Of a stretch of DNA of 61,786 nucleotides, positions 27,995 to 36,875 are shown in pieces. Where the stretch lies: assembly GCA_037132955.1 (NCBI GenBank), contig JBAXPF010000001.1, forward strand, positions 1 through 61,786. The letters run 5' to 3'. Under the pieces are notes generated by a model. That model saw only the letters and a list, made by a program, of their open reading frames with translations, was not told the origin of the DNA and searched no databases. The position numbers were made by a program, and so were the translations under genes. The DNA is from Verrucomicrobiota bacterium (GTDB lineage Bacteria > Verrucomicrobiota > Verrucomicrobiia > Verrucomicrobiales > Akkermansiaceae). Position 1 is the first letter of the stretch; each line of letters begins with the position of its first letter.

Positions 27995-28747
27995 TCATTC
28001 CAAGGCTTTGCCGTAAACCTCGGCTTCAATATAATGGTTCGCGTCGTTGGAGGTGTTGCCGTTGCTGTAGAGACGAACGTAGCGGCCCTTGGCACCCTTG
28101 CCGTCGATTAATTTGCCCTCATAGGTCTCGATAAATTCCTTGTCCTTGCCCGCACCCAGACCCGACGAATTGTCGTCGTCGTTATTGAACACGGTGGCCA
28201 CCCCGGTGATGAAATCCGCATCCTCCGCGACCTGCACGACGACGTCCCGATAGACGCGCGCATCCTGATGATAATGCCAGACGACGATAGCGGCGAGTTG
28301 CGCCGGTTTTCCCAGATCGATCTGCACGTATTGCTTGCCCGGACTGAGTTCGACGATGCTGCCGTCGCCGCCTTCCTTGTCCTTGTCGGTGAGCAACTCC
28401 AGGCTGCCGATGATCGGGGCCTGATCACTGCTGGAGACTGGCTTGCCGGCGGACAGAAGGGTGGTGCCGGCGGGAACCTGATAGATCGGACGCTTGCCGG
28501 GGAGCGGCTTTTCCAGATTGGTGGACTTGATGTTCTTGGGGGTGCCGACGAACAAGGGCTTGGGCAGTTGGATTTCCAACGCCTGCGTGCCCGGTTGGGC
28601 AGCGGTCGTCAGTGCGGCGGCCTTATCCTCGGCTGTGGCGGCCAGGCTGAAGGCCAGGCCGAGCGCGGCGCTGGTGGCAAGGATGAAGTGGGGCTGGAGC
28701 GTTTTCATGTGAGCTGCGGGCGACATGGCGTGGGGCATGGCAATCAT
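27995..28747 (-). CDS. Secreted protein with discoidin/F5-8C (galactose-binding-like) domain
   Basis: GKPVSSSD, YVQIDLG, GRYVRLYSNG..EAEVYG; ATGA overlap with the upstream gene (alternative start 28708). Confidence 0.65.
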   Translation of the reverse strand: MIAMPHAMSPAAHMKTLQPHFILATSAALGLAFSLAATAEDKAAALTTAAQPGTQALEIQLPKPLFVGTPKNIKSTNLEKPLPGKRPIYQVPAGTTLLSAGKPVSSSDQAPIIGSLELLTDKDKEGGDGSIVELSPGKQYVQIDLGKPAQLAAIVVWHYHQDARVYRDVVVQVAEDADFITGVATVFNNDDDNSSGLGAGKDKEFIETYEGKLIDGKGAKGRYVRLYSNGNTSNDANHYIEAEVYGKALE

Positions 28748-29463
28748 GGCAACGGCTTGAGCATCAAATCCTTGAACTGGACCATCATTGGCGCGCCTGC
28801 GTGAAGTTGCAGGGCAAGGGTGGTTCCGTTAGGTCCTTTGGTGCTTTCATTCATCACGTCCACCATCTGGACGCCGTTGACCCAGATTTGGATCAGAGGG
28901 CCTTTGGCCAGCAGACGGAAATCGCTCCACTCGGTGGGTTTGATCGCGGCCATGATCTGCGCCTTGTCGCCGGCGCTGCCGTTGGCTTCGGCCTTCACGC
29001 TGTTGCCGGCACCATCCTTGAGCAGCAACTTCTGTCCCAACTGGGCGCAGCGGCCGACACCCCGTTCATCATACAGGGTGCCGTAGATGCTCGGTTGCAC
29101 CGCGAGGTCGGCCTGCAGGCCGCCCACGATCCATTTCGCGGGCTCCATCACCACGCTGCGGAATTGGATGCCGGAATTGCCAAAGGCGTTATCCGGGGTG
29201 GTGGTGAATTTGATTTTGCAGTTCAGCTCAAAATCGGTCACGGCGCCTTTCCAGATGAGGAAGGTATTGTTTTTCGCCGGGACCTCCTTGGTGGTTTGGC
29301 CGGTGATGCAACCATCCTTGACCGACCACAATTGGCTGTCGCCCTCCCAGCCGGTCAGATCCTTGCCATTGAAGAGGCTTTGCTCCTGCGCTGCGGCAAC
29401 GCCACAGCATATTGCCAGCACCCATGGTGCCAGCATCGATTTCATCAGGGTTGTCAATTTCAT
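28744..29463 (-). CDS. DUF1080 (3-keto-glycoside lyase/hydrolase) family protein
   Basis: SLFNGKDLTGW, WSVKDG, DFEL, GNSGIQFRS, VNG and LALQLH. Confidence 0.9.
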   Translation of the reverse strand: MKLTTLMKSMLAPWVLAICCGVAAAQEQSLFNGKDLTGWEGDSQLWSVKDGCITGQTTKEVPAKNNTFLIWKGAVTDFELNCKIKFTTTPDNAFGNSGIQFRSVVMEPAKWIVGGLQADLAVQPSIYGTLYDERGVGRCAQLGQKLLLKDGAGNSVKAEANGSAGDKAQIMAAIKPTEWSDFRLLAKGPLIQIWVNGVQMVDVMNESTKGPNGTTLALQLHAGAPMMVQFKDLMLKPLP

Positions 29464-29572
29464 TAGGGTCAGTGGTCTACACCGTTGCATCACGCAATCA
29501 TTCATCGTTGCCTGAAAATGTTGCACATTTCCCCAGATTTCTTCCGGGTTGATCCTGCCTTGGGCCGGGGTA

Positions 29573-32536
29573 TTAGTCAGCACCCGCCGCCTCGGGATCT
29601 CCAGCGACGAGGATTTGGAGACTGAGGGCTAGGGCATCACCGGGATAATCCTCCAGGACTTTCCCGACTGTGCTGCGTGCGCCTTCCAGGTCGCCTCCCA
29701 GTGCTTGTTGCACCGCAAAGATGCACAAGCGGAAAGCGTTGAGCTCCGGGCGCCGTTGCCACTGAGCATCTGCATACCAGATATCGGCGGCCTTTTGCAG
29801 CAACCCAATGACGGCGGCGCGGGTCTTCGCTGTCTGGCTTATCCGCAGGGAAACCGCAGCGAGGTTGAGCAGGTATTCGAGATTCTCAGGCTCCAACTTC
29901 AGCGCTCGTTCCCAGGCCGCCTTGGAAGCCTCCTTCTTCAGCGAGCTAAACGCCACCAGGGCCTGACTGCGGCCGGTTTTCAACACCTTGGAGCGCTCCA
30001 CCGCGAGGGAGTTGACCTCGCGAGAATCGGCCGTGATCCGCCCGTCCGGTTTGATGCCCGCATGGGTAATGAGCAGATCCCAGGCCAGACAACGTTGGGG
30101 AGCCAAGCGCACGGCACGAGCCAGAAGCGCGGGAATGCCGGCAGAGAGCAGCGGATGCCCGCCGAGCACGGGCACAAGTAACACAACTGCACCGTATGCC
30201 TCACAGGCAGGGGCGGCCAAGTTGGCATCGGGGTTGTCACACAACTCGCGCAGGCGAGTGAGCCCCGGAGTCAGCACCTCGTTCTGGCGTTTTACCAGAA
30301 CCTCCGGATCGGGCCTGCCCTGCCCATTTTTCGGCAACAGGGAATACATGATCTTGAACTGCATCAGCGTCAGCGCGCCGAGGGCCTCGGGTCTATCCCG
30401 GCACAAGGTCACAGCCTGTTTCATGAGTTCGAGGCTTTGCCGATCCTCATCCGCCTGATCCGGTGTGACCTCGCGGCGCATGCGATGCAGGGAGTTGACG
30501 AGGAAGTTGACTTTGAGCTGGAGCGCCAGATGGCGCAGGAAGAGCTCCGGCTTGGCAGGAGCCACTTCAATGGCCTTCATGGAACTGGCAAGCGTCTCAC
30601 GGGCCAGAGCAAAGATAGCATTCGCGCGCTCCTCGGACTGGGCCTGGAACTGGAGCGCCTGCTGCAGATGGGATAGGTCAATGTCGCCAGACCCTTCGAA
30701 GCATTTGAGCATGAGTGCCTGTGCTTGATGCTGCGCCATGGCCAGCCAAGACTCCCATGCCTGAGGTGCCACTTCCGTGGCGCGGCGGGCCATGCGTGCG
30801 CCTTCCTTGGTGCCTCGCAGACACAGGGCCAGGCCGGTTAGGCCGGGTATATCCTCGGGGTTTATTTCCAAACGCTTGCGGCAAATCTCCACCGCCTCCT
30901 TGAGCCGAAGGTCACCTTCGGCGTTGCGGCCGTTGATTTTCAGGAGGCATCCCAACCGGTAGCGACACGCCGCGTCCCGTGGCTCGGCCACAGCCTGCTG
31001 CACCAGATTTTCGCACTCCACCTGTAACGGCTCAAACCGGATATCATAGATCAAGCCCAGGTGGTCGAAGATCCTGGGTTCCCATCTAACGCACTCGAAG
31101 TTGGCTCTCAAATGGTCGGTGAGCGCCGCCGCGCTTGTTGTGCCCGCATCCATTTTGCCCTTGGCAAGGCAGGTGTCCAGATTGCGTTGGGCGCTTGCAA
31201 GTCCTTGTTTGGCCGCCTTGCGAAACCACTTCACAGCCTCAGCAACGTCTTTGTCCACGCCGATGCCATAGGAGTAGCAGATGCCGAGATTGTTTTGGGA
31301 GTTGGCATGTGCCTGATCGGCGGCCTTGCGAAACCACTTCACGGCTTCGGTCACGTTCTTTTCAACTCCCATACCATCGGAGTAGCGGAGTCCCAGACTA
31401 TATTGGGCTTCGGCGAAGCCCTGCGCGGCCGCTTTGCGATACCATGTTACAGCTGCGCCAGAGTCCCGTGCCACGCCGGTGCCTGTCTGATATAACAAGC
31501 CGAGGCTGTATTGGGCGGTGGCATGTTCCTGCTCGGCGGCCTTGCGAAACCACCTTACCGCCGCCTCCTCGTCCTTCGGCACACCTAGACCATCACGGTA
31601 GCAGACGCCGAGATTGTATTGCGAGCCGGCGTTGCCCTGTTCGGCAGAGCTGTGAAACCACTTCACGGCTGCCACAAAGTCTTGTTTCACGCCAGCACCC
31701 TGATAGTAGCAGACGCCAAGATTGTATTGCGAGCCGGCGTCGCCCTGCTCGGCAGCCCTGCGAAACCACTTTGCGGCTGCGGCGGTGTCCTTTGCGATTC
31801 CCTCACCCTGATAGTAGCAGTGCGCCAATGTTGATTGAGCTCTGGCGAGGCCATGCTCGGCAGCCTTCTGCAACCACTTCACGGCTTGTGTTCGATTTCG
31901 TTCCACACCTTCGCCCCTGGCATAGCAACCGCCGAGATTGAATTGGGCCCAGGCATCGTCCTGCGCGGCGGCCTTGCGATACCACTTCACGGCTTCGGCG
32001 AAGTCCTTCTCGACGCCGACGCCCATGGCGAAGCAACTTCCGAGAGATGATTGAGCCACGGCGTATCCCTGCTCGGCCGCCTTGCGATACCACCTTACAG
32101 CTTCCACAAAGTCTTTCTCCACGCCTTCGCCGTTTTGATAACAACCACCGAGATTGAATTGAGCTTTGGCGTAGCCTTGCGCGGCAGACTTGTGCAACCA
32201 CTTCACGGCTTCAGTTGGGTCCTTCCCAACCCCTTCGCCGGTGGCGTAACAGCGGCCTAACATCGCCTGAGCCATGGCATCACCTTGCTCCGCCTTGGCT
32301 TGGTATTGCGCGAATTTGGCGGGATCGAACGCGTCGCCGCAGACTGGTTGTGCATAACTCCAGGTGCCGCACCAACCCACCGCAAGCACCAGAGAGGCAA
32401 GGCATTTGACAACCCTTGCGCAACGATCATAGTCTCCGGATTGCAGCACCAGGCAGGTGGGGTCCGGTTGCTCATCCTGATAAGGTGGACTCGGCGAGCG
32501 ACAGTTAGAGCGCTTGTTTTTTGGAGATGCAATCAT
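29573..32536 (-). CDS. Sel1-like repeat protein (10 SLRs) with TPR-like C-terminal half
   Basis: Ten 36-aa units AQ.NLG.CY..G.GV.KD...AV.W.RKAA.QG; start at 32536 inferred from ATGA overlap, uncertain. Confidence 0.88.
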   Translation of the reverse strand: MIASPKNKRSNCRSPSPPYQDEQPDPTCLVLQSGDYDRCARVVKCLASLVLAVGWCGTWSYAQPVCGDAFDPAKFAQYQAKAEQGDAMAQAMLGRCYATGEGVGKDPTEAVKWLHKSAAQGYAKAQFNLGGCYQNGEGVEKDFVEAVRWYRKAAEQGYAVAQSSLGSCFAMGVGVEKDFAEAVKWYRKAAAQDDAWAQFNLGGCYARGEGVERNRTQAVKWLQKAAEHGLARAQSTLAHCYYQGEGIAKDTAAAAKWFRRAAEQGDAGSQYNLGVCYYQGAGVKQDFVAAVKWFHSSAEQGNAGSQYNLGVCYRDGLGVPKDEEAAVRWFRKAAEQEHATAQYSLGLLYQTGTGVARDSGAAVTWYRKAAAQGFAEAQYSLGLRYSDGMGVEKNVTEAVKWFRKAADQAHANSQNNLGICYSYGIGVDKDVAEAVKWFRKAAKQGLASAQRNLDTCLAKGKMDAGTTSAAALTDHLRANFECVRWEPRIFDHLGLIYDIRFEPLQVECENLVQQAVAEPRDAACRYRLGCLLKINGRNAEGDLRLKEAVEICRKRLEINPEDIPGLTGLALCLRGTKEGARMARRATEVAPQAWESWLAMAQHQAQALMLKCFEGSGDIDLSHLQQALQFQAQSEERANAIFALARETLASSMKAIEVAPAKPELFLRHLALQLKVNFLVNSLHRMRREVTPDQADEDRQSLELMKQAVTLCRDRPEALGALTLMQFKIMYSLLPKNGQGRPDPEVLVKRQNEVLTPGLTRLRELCDNPDANLAAPACEAYGAVVLLVPVLGGHPLLSAGIPALLARAVRLAPQRCLAWDLLITHAGIKPDGRITADSREVNSLAVERSKVLKTGRSQALVAFSSLKKEASKAAWERALKLEPENLEYLLNLAAVSLRISQTAKTRAAVIGLLQKAADIWYADAQWQRRPELNAFRLCIFAVQQALGGDLEGARSTVGKVLEDYPGDALALSLQILVAGDPEAAGAD

Positions 32537-32994
32537 GGATTGCCAGTTGTTGGGGAGGGGTGAACGCGTTTGGCCCATTCCTCCAATTTGTCGTCGAGCG
32601 ACCCGCGTTGGGAGAGGCTGACAAAATCCGCTTGCCGAACGATGCCACGCTCATCGAAAGCCACGAAGAAGGAGTGCCTGCCGCCAACGAGGAACTCGTC
32701 GCCGTCCCCTCCGTACGGGCCAAAGGCCCACCAGTGCACCGTCCACCCCGGCGTTTCCCACAAGTAGGCGGCGGCGGGCGGGCGGTCACAATGGCGGGAG
32801 CTGGCCCCCAACCGGCGCTCGACTTCCAGCCGTGTTGTCACTCCGGGGACGATGAACTTGACTTCGCTGTGTTCGATCTTACGTCCATTCCGGACCTCCG
32901 ACGAGAGCGGTGGAACTGGCAGGATTCCCACACAGCCTGTCTGGAGCGTGAGCACCAGCGGAAGTAAAACGAACCAGGTGAATATTCTATTCAT
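32533..32994 (-). CDS. Lipoprotein, SmpA/BamE-like fold
   Basis: Lipobox LQTGC; FIVPGVTTRLEVERRLG..FVAFDERGIV pattern. Confidence 0.6.
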   Translation of the reverse strand: MNRIFTWFVLLPLVLTLQTGCVGILPVPPLSSEVRNGRKIEHSEVKFIVPGVTTRLEVERRLGASSRHCDRPPAAAYLWETPGWTVHWWAFGPYGGDGDEFLVGGRHSFFVAFDERGIVRQADFVSLSQRGSLDDKLEEWAKRVHPSPTTGNP

Positions 32995-33025
32995 GGGGGT
33001 GTTATTGTTAGGGTGGCGGCAACTA

Positions 33026-33137
33026 TCACTTGTTGCGGGAAGAATTTTCCAGCAACGTCACCAGCGGCTGATCGCCGCGGGCTTTTGCCACGTCACGCGC
33101 GGTGGTTTTGTTTTGGGGATTGAGGGCGTCGGGGTTG
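33026..33137 (-). pseudogene. Orphan 3' fragment of an ankyrin gene
   Basis: Ungapped 112-bp match (about 17 mismatches) to 38803-38914; encodes NPDALNPQNKTTARDVAKARGDQPLVTLLENSSRNK*. Confidence 0.85.
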
Positions 33138-33197
33138 TCCTAACTAGATTTGATGGATCTCAATGAGCCGCTGCGGATATTGGAGTGCAAGGAGCAC

Positions 33198-34049
33198 CTA
33201 GTTCGGGAGCGCGGTGAAAATGTTGCGGTCTGTGTCCCAGCGCAGTTTGGCCTTGTGATCGATGTATTTCTCGCCCTGTTTGATCGAGAACGATGCATTG
33301 AACACGAGCCCGTTGGATTTCCAGCCAACGAAGGACAGATCGAAAGGGATTCCTACCGCCTTTGCTTGCTTCTCAAGGCCAAGGGCTTTGAGAACGTCCT
33401 GCTGCTGGAATTGCCGCAGGCCCTGTTTATGAATCCATGCCCAAATCGTGGTATGATGCCGATCCTCGATGATCTCCAGGGCCACCATCTCCTGCTTGGG
33501 ATGCCAGATCGCCACGGGAGCGACTTGCTCGTTGCCGTATGCCGCGCGCAACTTGGCCTCCGTGCCAAACCCGAGCAATTCCTCCGTGTTGTTACTCGTA
33601 TCGATAAGACAGGGCAAGCCGTAGCGTTCGTAGATCACCCAACGCTTGTTAGAACTGCGGCTGACCATGGCATTGCGGTAGTCGCGGGTGAGCAATGCAA
33701 TGCCGCGGCGGGACATGTTCCGCAGCCCATCATGGTCGCCGTCCAATTGCGCTTTCAAGGCGGCAGTGAAAGCAGGGACACGCTCCTTGGGAATCCCGTG
33801 CCAGCGGCTTCCGATCGCGCGGGCTGCGAGTCGCCGGATGGAGTTGCCCTCCATCTGCAACACGGGCAGGCAAGCCTCGGGAATCCTCGGATCGAGCGAG
33901 GTCTGCAAACTGCGCATCGCATCGTAGCGGGTCTCGATGTTGCGACTTTGCAATTGCTTCAGCAGCAGCGTGACGTTGGGTTCAGCCCGCGCCGGCAGCA
34001 TGGTGGTAAGCAGGAATCCGACGACGAGTATTTGGTTTGTTAAGTTCAT
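33198..34049 (-). CDS. Secreted hypothetical protein with N-terminal HEAT-like repeats
   Basis: Signal peptide ending ARA-EP; LQSRNIETRYDAMRSL and IRRLAARAIG. Confidence 0.65.
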   Translation of the reverse strand: MNLTNQILVVGFLLTTMLPARAEPNVTLLLKQLQSRNIETRYDAMRSLQTSLDPRIPEACLPVLQMEGNSIRRLAARAIGSRWHGIPKERVPAFTAALKAQLDGDHDGLRNMSRRGIALLTRDYRNAMVSRSSNKRWVIYERYGLPCLIDTSNNTEELLGFGTEAKLRAAYGNEQVAPVAIWHPKQEMVALEIIEDRHHTTIWAWIHKQGLRQFQQQDVLKALGLEKQAKAVGIPFDLSFVGWKSNGLVFNASFSIKQGEKYIDHKAKLRWDTDRNIFTALPN

Positions 34050-34163
34050 GACTGTGGTGGAAATCAAATGGGGGGGGCTTGATGATTGTAGGCTGGTTGC
34101 TGTGAATTCTAACTATTGGAGATGTGCTCACGGGGTTTGACAGTTAGGAATGGGGGGAGGATG

Positions 34164-36446
34164 TTATTTTCTCGGTGATGGCGGTGCCTGGGCCTTGAGC
34201 GCCGCGAGGATCTCCGGCGTGCCGAACGTGCCGGCGGCATCGATCGGAGTGGCTCCTTCCAGATTTTTCACCTGCGGTCGGGCACCCTTCGCCAGCAACA
34301 GCTTGACGATTTTCAATTTATCCGCGGCGTTGCTTTTGTTGATGGTATCCAAGGTCTGCTGCGCAGCTTCCTCTGGCTGTCCTGCCATGGTTTTGGCGTC
34401 GTTCCTGCCAATTCGGACGATGGTCGCATTGTGCAGCGGGGTGTTGCCTAGCGCGTCGGCCACATTGACCGGTGCCTGGTGATCGAGAAGCAAGCGGACA
34501 ATTTCCACCGCACCCACGGTGGCGGCTACGTTGAGCGGTGAATTCTTGAATTGATCGAGGGCTGCTGGTGGGGCACCGTGCTCTAGCAGAATTCGCACCG
34601 CCTCGAGTTGGGCGGATGCTGCGGCGACATGGAGCGGAGTGCCGCCGTGGCTTTCCGTGGCCGCCACGTCCGCCCCCTTTTCGAGGAGCAGACGGAGCAC
34701 CTCCACATTACCGGCTTGGGTCGCCAAGTGGATAGGCTGGCATCCATTACTATCCCTGGCAGTGATGTTGGCCCCTTTCTCTAGCAGGAGCGCGGCGGTT
34801 TTCGCATCGGCAGTATACGCCGCGTTATGCAACGGGATGCGTCCAAAAAGGGTGTCCTTCGCATCCACCTCAGCCCCCTTCGAGAGCAACAGCTCAACCA
34901 CTCCCGCATTCCCGACTGCGGCAGCCCAATGCAGGGCACCTTTCCCCTCGCGATCCTTGGCCCGCATGTCCGCGCCTTTGTCGAGCAAGAGTGCCGTGAT
35001 TTTCAGTGAGTCATCAAACGGGCCGCACTGTCCTAACGATTGAGTCCCAGTCCTCAAGTCAGTTGGCGACACCCTACCTCCAATGGCCGCGACCATAAGC
35101 GCCGTCATTCCCTTTTTCTTTTCGGCCCCATTCACGCTGGCCCCTGCGCCGAGCAACAGGGTCACGGTTTCCAGTCGACAATGTCCCGCAGCACTCATGA
35201 GGGCTGTATCACCGGAGTTGCTCACTTCATTGACGCCAAACTGATGGTCCAACAAAAACCGCACCGCCTCTGGACTTGCCGAGCCCGCGGCGAGGTGAAG
35301 GGCGTTCCTGCCATGTTTTTGGGTCGCCTTGAGATCGGCCCCGGCTGCAACCAGCAGTTTCAGGAGATCCGCCCGGCCAGCCTCCGCCGCATTGAGCAGG
35401 GGCGTGAATTCCTGGCCGTCCCAGGCGTCCAGGTTAGGGTGGAGTAGCAGCAATTTTTCGACGAGCCCTTTACTCCCGTCCTGGCATGCCCGGTGGAGCG
35501 TGGTGGTGCCGTCGGACTGTTCCAATTTGGGATCCGCGCCACGATCCAGCAAAAGGTTGCAGATTTCATCGCTCCAGGTCGCATCGTGCAGGGCGGGACC
35601 ACCGTTTTTGTTCACGGCATTGACCTCCGCGCCGTGGTCGAGCAACAGACGGATGATTTCCATGTCACCATTGATGACCGCAAAATGGAGCGGCCGGGTG
35701 CCAAGGGGAACCTGGGCCGCATTCACATCCACCTTGCGCGCGAGCAGGAGTTTCACCACTTCCGCATTGCCACCCAGCGCGGCGTTGTGCAACGGGCGAG
35801 TGCCTAGCTTCATCTCCTCCGGGTTCGCCCCATGCTCGAGCAAATAGGCCACGGCCTTGCTGTTAGGATAATTTACCGCAAGATGCAATGGCGTCGGTTC
35901 GTCCGCCGACAGGTCACCACGGACACTTCCGCCCTGCTCCACCAGCAAGCGCAGGATGGCCAATCGCGACGACTCTTCCTCAGGGCTGGGGGCAAAGGAT
36001 TTCTGACAGGCTTTCAGCGCCTCACGGGCGGCGGTCCTCGCCGGACCTGGGGAAGAGTTGACAGATGAAAGCAACACTTGCGTCAAATCGGCTATGCCCT
36101 CATTGTTGGAAATCGCAGCAGCCCGCAACATGGGCGTCATGCCGCCGTCCGCCTTGGCGTTCACCTTGGCCCCGGCCTTGAGAAGGACCCTGACGATTTC
36201 CATATTCCCCGCGACCACCGCATAATAGAGTGGCGAGGCCCTGAGTTTCTCATCCGCTAGATTCACCAACTTCGCGTCCTTCTTCAACAGCCGCACCACG
36301 ACCGCGGCATCCCCGGCACGCACCGCGTCATGAATCTCCGCCGCCACGGCCACGGCGGAACATCCCAAAATCAGCGCCGCGGACACGACGCGGAGGAGTT
36401 TCGTATTTCTAATTGCTAGATATACGCCGCGTGGGCGAATGTTCAT
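34164..36446 (-). CDS. Secreted ankyrin-repeat protein (about 17 repeats)
   Basis: Many G.TPLH.AA..G..E.V.LLL..GA.VN units; signal-like LLRVVSAALILGCSAVAVAA; ORF stays open upstream to 36587. Confidence 0.9.
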   Translation of the reverse strand: MNIRPRGVYLAIRNTKLLRVVSAALILGCSAVAVAAEIHDAVRAGDAAVVVRLLKKDAKLVNLADEKLRASPLYYAVVAGNMEIVRVLLKAGAKVNAKADGGMTPMLRAAAISNNEGIADLTQVLLSSVNSSPGPARTAAREALKACQKSFAPSPEEESSRLAILRLLVEQGGSVRGDLSADEPTPLHLAVNYPNSKAVAYLLEHGANPEEMKLGTRPLHNAALGGNAEVVKLLLARKVDVNAAQVPLGTRPLHFAVINGDMEIIRLLLDHGAEVNAVNKNGGPALHDATWSDEICNLLLDRGADPKLEQSDGTTTLHRACQDGSKGLVEKLLLLHPNLDAWDGQEFTPLLNAAEAGRADLLKLLVAAGADLKATQKHGRNALHLAAGSASPEAVRFLLDHQFGVNEVSNSGDTALMSAAGHCRLETVTLLLGAGASVNGAEKKKGMTALMVAAIGGRVSPTDLRTGTQSLGQCGPFDDSLKITALLLDKGADMRAKDREGKGALHWAAAVGNAGVVELLLSKGAEVDAKDTLFGRIPLHNAAYTADAKTAALLLEKGANITARDSNGCQPIHLATQAGNVEVLRLLLEKGADVAATESHGGTPLHVAAASAQLEAVRILLEHGAPPAALDQFKNSPLNVAATVGAVEIVRLLLDHQAPVNVADALGNTPLHNATIVRIGRNDAKTMAGQPEEAAQQTLDTINKSNAADKLKIVKLLLAKGARPQVKNLEGATPIDAAGTFGTPEILAALKAQAPPSPRK

Positions 36447-36875
36447 GGGAAAGGCGTGGCGCGTATCACAGCAGAAATGTGAGGCGGCCTGTAACAGACA
36501 GGCGGGACACATGCCGCTGCGGCCCTGTTGGGCAAGCGGGGTGCCACACGCCGGGCAGATGGGAGGATCCGTCATGGCAGTGTTCAAACTGGTGAATTTT
36601 ATTCATTGGGTCAATGACAAATGGTTGATATTTGAAGTGGTTTCGCCAAGCTGCCATGCAGGGTTCCGGCGGCGCTCAATTCAATCTCGGCTTGTGTTAT
36701 GAGAATGGCAGTGGTGTATTACGGAGCGTTGGCTCAGAGGTCGGCGTGGAGAAGGTGCGCGCCGGCTGGGTATAACAGGCCGACTCCCCGATCTAACGAA
36801 TAATTCCGGCCCGAGAGCCGGGCCGGATTCCCAATGAACAGCAGCAACTCCCCCAACTCCAACCAACGACCTACA

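Noticed and set aside
31190-32290. 108-bp periodic DNA repeats
   Set aside because: Fully explained by the 36-aa Sel1 protein repeats
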